Assembly (NCBI GenBank): GCA_037447605.1
Contig: CM074804.1
Location: 5,681,909 to 5,745,908, forward strand
Reading direction: 5' to 3'
From: Zygnema circumcarinatum SAG 698-1b
Taxonomy: Eukaryota > Plantae > Zygnematophyceae
DNA: 64,000 nt
The notes beneath the pieces are model-generated. The model was not told the origin of the DNA. It saw only the letters and a list, made by a program, of their open reading frames with translations, and did no database searches. The translations under genes and the position numbers were made by a program. Positions 37,201-46,912 of the stretch are shown in pieces (position 1 is the first letter of the stretch; every line of letters begins with the position of its first letter).

Positions 37201-38180
37201 GTCTGATTGGCGGTTGTTTTACTTCTAAATTGGTCTTTATCTAGTTCAGGGGTGGGAGTTGGCATGAGTGCTGGTGCTGCTAGTGCTATCACTCTTGGGC
37301 TTACGTTTCTATATCTTGGCGGGAATGGGACCCTGCAGATGATGGCAATGAGAGCGGGCATGCCGCAGATGGCTCCGGGGGGGCAACAGTTTGGCCAGTT
37401 GCCAATGGGGACAATGGGGGGAGTTCAGATGCCGCAAATGGGAATGGGAGTAGGAGCAATGCAAATGGGGATGGGCATGGGCATGGGCATGGGCATGGCA
37501 GCCGGTATGGGAATGGGGTCAGGCATGTCGTCCATGGGGAACTTTGGCATGGGGCCAGTATGCATGGGTGCGGATGAGACCTCTGGCATGGGGATGGGTA
37601 TGGGAGTCGGTGATGTTTTCGGCATGGCCCATTCCCTGCCCCAGGTCATGGCACCTGGGCTTCCTAAATGTCTCCCACAGGGCGTTGCTGCCCCCCCACC
37701 GCTCTCGCAGAGGAGGATGGACTCGTGTGTCTCCTCCAATAGTCAAATCAGCCAATTGCCGGCACCGGCTGCCGCCTTGCCAGACGGACTGCATCCGAGG
37801 CAATTGGCCCCTTGTACTGTCGATCCTCTGGCAGCCTATCTCTCAAGACAGCAACAGATGCAGTCACAGCAGGTAAGCGTTGGTCAAAGTGTTGACAGAG
37901 GTTTGTTTGCAGCTTGCATGACTAATTCCTGCCTGCTGTATCTGTACTCCAAAGTGGAAGTTCCAGTGATAACACTTGCGCAATAGGATTTCCTGAATCT
38001 GTTCATCGTGTGTCGCTCGTGTTAATTGTGGTGGCCGTCGGAGCTTGGTTGATGGAAGCCTGATGCTCTTGTTTTTCGTGCATGCAGCAACCTGTAAACT
38101 TGGACCTGTACAGGTCTTATATACGGCAACAGCAGCAAGGCATGGGGGGAACGCAGCAGCGTGATGTCAGCAGACGGTGA
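34265..38180 (+). CDS. PIF: phytochrome-interacting-factor-like bHLH transcription factor (bHLH VII type), 7 exons
   Basis: Exons 34265-34377 (first exon least certain), 34678-36094, 36343-36459, ~36776-36841, ~37065-37130, ~37339-37872, 38088-38180. The bHLH KRTRAAEVHNLSER|KRRDRINERMKALQDLIPNSNK|TDKASMLDEAIEYLKMLQVQLQ| has the PIF-type three-intron pattern. Also QEDDIQSWLQYPL, APA-like INFAHFSRPAAM and an MGMG-rich C-terminus. Confidence 0.9.
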
Positions 38181-40020
38181 CGTTGAAGGTCAGTTGCAGA
38201 ATGCTTTTGAATTGGTGGGAGTTTAGGCCTCTGATTTTGCAGTTGAGAGGAGAGCGGCGTTTACGGCGGGGGTGGTGCAGAGGATGCCAGGCTTCTAACC
38301 AGTGTGAGTATGAGTATGAATCACGCAGGCGAACCACGTGCTTAAAAGGACAGGATGTATTGGAGCAAGAAATATTCTGCGGTCAAACGAGGCCATCGCA
38401 TATGGAGAGCATATGGATAAGAGAAGACTTCGAAACGCGACACGCGGCGAAAGTGGAGAATGGAGTGTATGCTAGTGTAAGAACCAATTGGGTGTAGGGT
38501 TGTGTAGATGCCCGACCACATTATGGAGTTGATAGAGTTTGCCCGAAATAGGGCGCCCTTTACAAAATGTTTGTGAGTTGAGGTGAGCTCCTACTTTTTG
38601 CGACTGCGGCAGGTGGATAGCGGCACTGGAATAAACCACAACACGGCATCATGGCTCCCGCGAGCGGGAGGAGTTGATTTCTGACCTTGAACCTGGGCGG
38701 GGTCGAAGGCAACATGTAAATGACGATAGGTAGGAGAGCGGCACCGCTCGGGTATGCGAGGCGGAAAAGCATGGCTTGGAAGGCTGGTTGAGCTGCCTGT
38801 GTTCTTCGGAAATAGCTCGAGAGCCGGGTACCCAATTTTGTTTGCTACAGGTAGCACAAAAATTATGTAGGCAGTCTGCTGATAACTAGCATATAGTGGA
38901 TGCTCTGACTTACGTATCTCTTGTGCGGCATCATTCATGCCGCGATCATTTTTTTCTTCGTTAATTACTGTTTGTATAACAATTCATGCATGCCTCTACC
39001 TATGGCGCTCCTGTGGGGTTCGCTGATGTTGCAATGTTGCGCAATGTTCGCCCCGTGGCTATCCACACCTCATCCCCCGCGCTTAGAGACCCATGCTCGC
39101 CACAGACAGCATTGGCCCATTATGCCCACAGGGCCGTGCACGGCCTCACCGCCCTCCGCCGGGATGCGCTGCGCCGCCCTCCGTTAGGGCCCCCCGCGGA
39201 CGTCCACTCTCCACCTGCGTTTTCGTGTCCGTACGACTGTTACTGTACGGATCGCCAGACTTCAAGTTCCACGGTGCGCGCGCAGCCCGCGGCGCTCGGG
39301 CGGGCGCACGTGGCCGTTGGCCGGAGCCAACCCCCGCCGCGCGGCCGCACGTGCGGTCACATTTCTTAAATGAAGCCGAGTGACTCGCCCGTGCCGTTCC
39401 TACGCGACAAACGTAGCCGCCCCCGCCGTCTCTTCGCACCCAAGCGCGCCCACGCGGGTCCCGCGGGCTGCTCGCCCGCCCGCCACGCGGCTCCACGCGG
39501 CCGCCGCTGCGGCGTGGCAGGCGCGTGGCGCACCACGTGGCAGCGTGTGAGGCAGGGGCTGCGCCACGCTATGCTCAAGTATCTGGGCGCTGAGTCAGCG
39601 CCAGCACGCGGCGGGCCGTCCGCGCTGGCTCGGAAAGGAACGTGGCGCGGCCGTACGCTCCGGAACATTCTCACGTTCTGCCGCCCGCGGTCGCCTGCTG
39701 TCGCGGTCGGGCGGCTGCGCCGTATGACGGCGTACGAGACCGTACGAATGCGGAGCGAACCGCAACCAGAAGCGGCCTGACCCGACCGACCGCGGGCGGT
39801 CGGTCGGTCACGGGCGGCCCTCACGCGGCCGCATTGACTGCGCGCGTGGTGGCCGTACGGCTGGGCCGCGCCATGTCAGCGTCAGCCTACTCGCTAGACC
39901 ACGCGTGCGCGTGCGGCCGCCGCTGCAATTCGTACCGTACGGCATGAGAGCTTTTGCGAGCGGGCGGGCGGCGGTTGGCCCAAGCGCGCAGCGGTTCGCT
40001 ACTGGGAGGAATGGCAAAAA

Positions 40021-40115
40021 GTCCGTACAAGGGACTTTTCGAGTTTTCGATTCCAGAATTAGAACGTTATATCTAAACGTTTCAGAGCTTTAGAACAGTT
40101 TTACGACCGTTGAAA
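40021..40115 (+). repeat. ~95 bp diverged direct repeat; uninterrupted copy of the sequence that hosts the MITE (second copy 40743-40789 + 41275-41330)
   Basis: gtccgtacaagggactttt..ttccagaattagaacgttatatctaaacgtttcagagctttagaaca aligns with gtccgtacaatggactttt..tttcagaattagaatgttgta[MITE]taatatctaaaagtttcagagttagaaca. Confidence 0.8.
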
Positions 40116-40789
40116 CTGCATGTACGGTCGTAAGGTCGTACGGTCGGGAATTGGCTCCGGCCCGCCAGGTGAGAGGATGGTTGATACTGATGGCCGTACT
40201 GTTTAGAGGGGCATGGCCGCATGGGCGCATGGCCGCCCGGCGGGCCCTGTCGCGAGCTCCTATTGGTGCCTTACATATACCGTACGATTTAGAGATTTTA
40301 CGAGTACTTACCGTATAGCGAAATAGCGTGACCCATGTTCAAAATCCGTTTCGATTAACAGATTTTGTATTGAAAAATAAGTCTGGACAAAAGCCTGATG
40401 TGGAACTACGAGGGACTGGTCGCAAAGGACCTAAGCACAAACGAACAAACCCGTGGTGCCTCTAGCCTAGGCTAACGAACTCAGGCTGAGAGCAAAATCA
40501 ATAGACAATGTATTCAGAGATTGACAATGACTGCAATAATAAAGCTGACCGCAGCCATAGAGTGGCTGGGGATCTCGTTGTTGAATGGATTAGTCTCCTT
40601 ACAAGAATGTTTGTCTGGCTGGGCGGAGGGGATGACTGGGTGCTCCTTGCAAAGAATACACACCTCAATCTGGCACTCTAAAACACTCAACACCACACTA
40701 AAGCCAGCACTACAAGAGAAACTAGGATAGGGATGTACATTTGTCCGTACAATGGACTTTTTTTTAGATTTCAGAATTAGAATGTTGTA

Positions 40790-41272
40790 CAGTCTAATCA
40801 CGTTATAGTGACTGTGTCGGTCCCCACACATTTGTGTCACTATATCGGTAATGACCCGTTTGTCATCTCACATTTATAGTAACAATGTTATTACAAATGT
40901 TTTGCGGTATATCCGTACTACTTTTATACCGTACATTGTACTTTTTGGGCAGTCGTCACGTGGGTAGGTGTGTACGAACCCTAGTGAGCATGTGTACGGA
41001 CAAGTTGATATGTACGGTCAAGTCGATATCTGACGATATTAGTCGATAACGTGTACGGTCGTAATATATTTGTAACGCATATTCCAATACGTGGGTGGAT
41101 AATATCGACATTTTGAATATATAGTAACAATCAGGGTTTTTCAACGTCATTATATCCGTAATGGCGTCACTACTGGCGCAGGATCTGCAGTGGTGCAATT
41201 CCGTTCCCGGAAAAAAAGTCAGTATATCCATGCTGTTCTTGTAAACAGTGTCACTATAACGTGATTAGACTG
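40790..41272. mobile_element. non-autonomous Tc1/mariner(pogo)-type MITE, 483 bp
   Basis: Perfect 23-bp TIRs CAGTCTAATCACGTTATAGTGAC (40790-40812) and GTCACTATAACGTGATTAGACTG (41250-41272), flanked by TA (40788-89, 41273-74). AT-rich interior with no transposase-like ORF. Confidence 0.9.
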
Positions 41273-41750
41273 TAATATCTAAAAGTTTCAGAGTTAGAAC
41301 ACTTTAAGAATTACCGTACGACCGTCGACATTGAACATTCGCCAACTTGAATAGCGCTAGCGGGCTGACCACGATTGCTCACATCGCTCGAAGAGTCGGT
41401 GTTCAAATTAATATTGAGCTAACATAACACAAGGAAACGTCTGAACTGCTTTGTTCCGCGCAATTCCAAAGAATACGTGAATTTTCATGAGAATACTCGA
41501 AGCTCTGCAAGACGAGAAGAGCTAGTTTCTAGAGCTAACTTTTCGACCAATCACCACCGTGCATATGGGTGTGTCGCTTGCGTGAGCATTCCCATGGCTT
41601 CCAAATTAAGCCAACGAAACGAAAGTGAGTAAACGAAGTCCTCTAATATGTACATTAAACAGAATGATAGGCAGTCCTACAAAAATGAATACAGATTCCT
41701 GATTTTACGGCTCGTCTTGCCTTTAAGCGGTTGTGGCGTCGCGAAGTCAG

Positions 41751-44700
41751 TCAGTCATTCAGACACCACAAGGGGCGCAATGCGCGCCTAAGCGTGCTTC
41801 TTGCAGTTTTCTGTTGACACAAACAAGGACGAAACAAGTCAGAGCTGACGCGTGCAGGCTATAGAACAAATACGGGAGCGACAGAAACGATACCCGAACG
41901 CAAAACTCAGTGCACGAACAGTCGGAACATACCATGTGGCCAACAAATATGCCCGGCTTTGTCGACAAGCAATCAATTCAAAAGCCCAACAGACGGTGTC
42001 AAATACAGCTGCCTGTTCCGCGCGGAATGTGGCTCACTCACCAGGATGGTATGCACTTTCCCTTCGCATAACTCCAGCCGCTTAGCCACCTGCAGAGCCT
42101 CCAAAGGAAGGCTTTCTAAGGCTGCCAAGCTGAAGCACTACTGGGAAGAATGTTCGGAGATGTGCGCAATATGAAGTTCATTACTTTAAGTGAGCTCCGT
42201 GCAAAGAATAATGAACAGCAAATGCACGACTGGTACAGAAACAAAGAGGACTACCGATCACACTGTTCTCAGTTCCCTTACTATCTGTCTTTCCCTCTTT
42301 CTTTCCCTTCTCTCCTCTCGACTTGTTTCTCATCTCCTCAATTCATCCTCCAAGCACCTCTCACTCATTCTTTCCCGTTTCAAAACTTTCTGCCCTGCCC
42401 TGAAAGACTTTATGGGTACCTCAGCGCGTGATTTGGCACCTCTCCCCTCGAGGCCAAACTTTTCCTGCAGCACCTGAGCACCCTCCCAGCAAGAACACCC
42501 TCCTCCTCTTTCAAAGGTAGGCTGGTTACGACGTCTACTTGTTTCTTGATCTTGATACACAACCATTTTGCAAGTCGTTTTTGAGTTTTTTGACGTGAAC
42601 TAAAGGAAGTTTGGAAAATCATGTGTAAGGGCAACGTTCCTAACAAAGGAACCCACTTATCATTGATGTAATTCTGCAGCAAGCTCGGAAAGCACAATGT
42701 TAAGATGAACTAGTTTGGTTCACCTTGCGCTCCATCACATTCAGCCTCGCTAGTGCTTGCTGTAAGTCTGCCAGTTGGCTCTGCATTTCCACCACCTTCA
42801 AAACATTCACCAACAGTCACAAACCATCCCAAAAACGCAAAAACAGTTAAACAATGCAAACGACTGAGTTTTCTTATTCAGAACTCTGGCCAAACCAAAC
42901 AGTTATAATAAAACAAAACCCTTCACTTAATGCTGTATTCACGGCATGCTGGCACTTTTGAAAGATTGTCTGCTGCTCTGACCTGCCATGGATTGCTCAG
43001 CAGGGAAACGTCTTCCAGCTGTAGGTAGTTATTGTGGCGTATTGGTTGCATGCATTGCAGAACCACTCGGACCTGCAAGGCACACACTTTCTCTCGCACA
43101 CACTCAGAAGGACGATCTGTCTTGCCAACGGCTCTCCCTACACTGCTACTACCATCCATTCTGTAACAGTAGGGGGTTAATCTTAAACTGCCCACCTGAC
43201 AATGTTACTAAGGGCAAAGGTTTAGTGGAACTGACCCGCTGTTCTCTTATTTGTGTACTTTCTGCAATCTCGTGAAGCATTGGCTCACGGAGATGCAATT
43301 GAACGAATGCCTGCGCCACTTGGACAAGGTCATTAGCTATACTGCTTTAGTTGAAGCAGAGTCTACGACTTATTAGGAAAGTAGCAACTGACAGTCATGC
43401 CATAGCGGTGATTGCACAGCACCTCTCTGGCCTTCTTAATAGCCTCATTCTGTCGCCACAAATGGGGCCCAAGCTTAGTTGATCTTCCCTTCACCTTCAC
43501 TGCTTTCCCTATCATCTGTTGGCAGGCTCCCACGCAGGAGCCAGCTGGAAAATGGTTAGAACCCTTGATTTAGAATCGGAAAACACTTTGAAACTAGATT
43601 TTCATTTCTAGTTGGAGCTCAATTAGTTTGACAGTGAGAAAATAATTAAACAACTGCGCTGCCAGGATATTAGCCTGAAGAAATAGCGTCAGTTTCGCAG
43701 AGGTAAATGAACCTGAAATGGTGAGGAGCAAGCTATCAATCACATCTCATCTATTCCCACACTGCAGAAATTAGGGAATTAAGAATTAAGAATTAAGAAT
43801 TAAGGGGATACTTAAGTAACAAACCCAAAACTACAACATAGACTTTTAGATCGAGCTTACGACAATGCGAGAATCAACAGTCCACTTAGAGCTATGAAGT
43901 GTATTTTCTAAGAACATGCTGGACGAACTGGACGAACTTCGACATGATAAGGTGAAAAAAACATAGCAAGGAGACAAAGTTTCAGCTTTTTCCTTTTGAG
44001 CTCACTTCCTAACAATAGCTTGTAATACGACATACCGCAACGATCCAACGATAAGAATGGGCAGAAAATCGAGAGCCTTTAGATGCATCAAATGTCCTCG
44101 CTCCGTGGAGAACACCCCGGGCTCCTTCCTACATGCATATTCAAATGTTCAGCGCAGCTGATTTTGTTCAGCACTGAATAAGTGCCTTAAATCAGAACAT
44201 CTCTCTATTCCTTCATTACAACAAGTAGAACTGCACTTGATCTGCATCGTCTTTGAACATTTCTAGCGTATTGAGACAGGCCATAAGCCATGTGACAGCC
44301 TCCGACGAGCCTACCTGGCAGAGATCATCCAAAGAAAGACCGATTCCTTGATATCTGGAGGCAATGCTACAGACGAGCCTTGAGGTTGCTTGCAAAATTT
44401 TGCGTTCAGCTGCACGTCCCTTTCCAATCCTGTCCAATGCAAGTACCAAGTATTTAAAGATCGAAGGGTGGGAGTTAGCCAACAAGTCCCAGGTTTTCCT
44501 TAACTGCGACAGGGTAAATTCATCCACTCACATCGCGTAAAGTCGCAGTGTGGACACTTTCGCAGATTGTGCCCATTCCGAATCAGCGGGCGCTCTCCTT
44601 AGCACCTCTTCCAGGTCTTTGCGGACCTTCTCCAATCGACGCAGCTCCTGGAAAATTCAAAACCAAATATAATAAGATCCTTAGATCTAGAAATATGTAT

Positions 44701-46180
44701 GAAAAAAAACGGGAAATGATGCGATTCTGACTCAGAATAATAGATGAAAGTGCGACGACGAGACAGGCGACTTCAGAAAAATACAGATGAATGAGGCACA
44801 TTAGGCATGCGTGAAAGCGACCTGAGTCAGTCAGAGCTGGCTCACCTGCACATCTTTACAGAACTCAACTTCCTGCTCTTCGGAGAGGGGAGGCCTCCAG
44901 CCAACACATTGAACCCACGCTGATTGCTGTCCCACGTACTCCGCTTTGCAGCTTATGTCTATCCGAGAGGGCGCTACCTGGCCCGCTCGACATATGGAAT
45001 CTTTTCATTGAATCAGATATGATAGCTTGATCCAGCGTATACAGTAATGCTGGAGTTTCTCAAATCATTCGTCCCCTAATAGGCACTCATACTCCACCCT
45101 TGAAAGAGGAAGCCTTCACTCTGTCAACCATCATAATTGGAACTTCATCGCAATGAATCAAATATTCTCAGTTAAAATAGGTCCTCCGGCTCATTCACTC
45201 TTTTACATTATGCACGCTGAATTGTTTCACCAGAAATGGAAAAAAGATATATGAAGAGCAGGCGCTTACTATTACACGCTCATGTGTGTGGAACTTCTGC
45301 AGTGACACACTCAACACTATGCGTTTGTTGCAATAAGAGTAGTGAAGACATTGTGATTTTCTTTAACCTTTTTACGCCTACAATACTATTTCGATTACAT
45401 TACTTCCAAAGCTTACCCTGATAAGTTCTGTACGAAGCTGTCTCGCCTGCGCCCTCCGTGCTGCCTCCTGGGCGGTAGCAATGACCGCAGCTGCTCCAAG
45501 GGCTACACCCATATGGACCAGTTTTCAGCTGCACATATACAGCAAAGCTACTTGTCTCGAAGAGCATCCCCGCTAAGGTTAACCCCTTCCCGGGAAAATG
45601 TGTATAGCCAAGCTACTGGTGCCCCTTCAGACCATGAACGAAGATAGAACATGCAAGAAGGAAATTCGCTTCTTTCTTTACTTTTAGATTACCATTTTTG
45701 GAGTTGCATGGTGGTTAATACGTCAAAATAATAGAAATTCTAGAACAATAGGTAGCTGGAAATGCTGAACATATGTTTAGACTCTAAAAGGAATCCATGC
45801 TGAATGTTCTAGCTAGTTCAGGAGCTCAGCCCTCAAAACTGACCGTGAGCATTGAAGCTGCTGCTTCCTTGAGTCGAGCAACTCGTGGAAGCTGCAACGT
45901 GGCACTTTACCCCTCTCGTCCCTTTCCAGCAACCTTTTTCTGAAATGGCTGGCAACTGCGTCTCCTGAAAGGCGGGTTTTGCTGCAGTCTGAACTACATC
46001 CTCTCTTGCATAATCTCTGCGCAAGAAGCCATCACAATTCGGCTTGCTCTCTGCTTCTGCAAGTGCAGGCAGAGCTACGCAATTAGCCCTTCCCGAATTG
46101 AACGCGGATGCCCGAGTGACATCGCTCGGCTGCTTGCCAAGCCGGAGCGTGCTTCCTTGCAAGCGAAGCGGAGCAGCCAT
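41751..46180 (-). CDS. nucleus-encoded sigma70-family (plastid-type) RNA polymerase sigma factor, highly divergent, ~13 exons
   Basis: Spliced translation gives a transit-peptide-like N-terminus, region 1.2 PPLSEEQEVEFCKDVQELRRLEKVRKDLEEVLRRAPADSEWA, region 2 AAERKILQATSRLVCSIASRYQGIGLSLDDLCQEGARGVLHGARTFDASKGSRFSAHSYRWI, region 3 REPMLHEIAE and region 4 LARLNVMERKVLQEKFGLEGRGAKSRAEVAKRL. The last exon frame and the region 3.2 exon are less certain. Confidence 0.82.
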
Positions 46181-46292
46181 GGCTTTCTGCAACTCAGCCT
46201 CTCCCTACAACTTCCTCCAGCACCTCTCCCGCCGCGCCTTCCTCCTCCTCCCCTCCCGTCACCTCCTCTCCTGCCAAGGCCTGGCAGCCGCA

Positions 46293-46540
46293 CACGTGGC
46301 GGGGGGGCTCCCTGCGGGCACACCGCATGACGTGGCGCGCCACGTGGCAGGACGGCCTCGCCAGTCCGCGCACTCAACGCTGCAGCGCACGTGTCGAGTG
46401 CTGACGTGGCGCGGTGTGAACCCAACCAAACCATGCGCCTATTCTGACCTCCGCTCACTGAACCCGGCGGATCCCCCGTGGCGACACGTGGCCGTGGGTC
46501 AAGCGAGTCAAGCACTGGAGCAATGAAAGACGGCCACGTG
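46293..46540. promoter_or_regulatory. cluster of G-box / ACGT elements in the bidirectional sigma-THO6 promoter
   Basis: CACGTG at 46293, 46341, 46388, 46485 and 46535, plus TGACGTGGC at 46328 and 46402. Confidence 0.75.
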
Positions 46541-46912
46541 GCAAATTTACAATTGCGAGAGTCGACCGGGGGACCAATGGCAGCGCGCGGAGGTGTGCCC
46601 TCGTGGCGAGCTCTCATTAGAGGGAGGCTCAGATCAGGCCTACAGGAGGGGACGACAGCTGCGCTTTCACCCAAACGCCTACGACACGACAGCGTGGGGG
46701 TGGGAAAAGTTGGGCCCATCCAAGGTACCAAGGTAAGGCGACGGCCACTCAGAGCTTGCCACGTATGCATTATCGATGACATGGCATACAGTACTGTGAT
46801 TGGTACAGTCTAGCGAGTTAAACGGTTCATGGGAGAGTTCCTGCCTCTCTCAAAGTGGGAGCGGTGAGGGGAAAGGGGGAGGGGGAGGGGGAGGGGGAGG
46901 CCCAGAGCAGCC

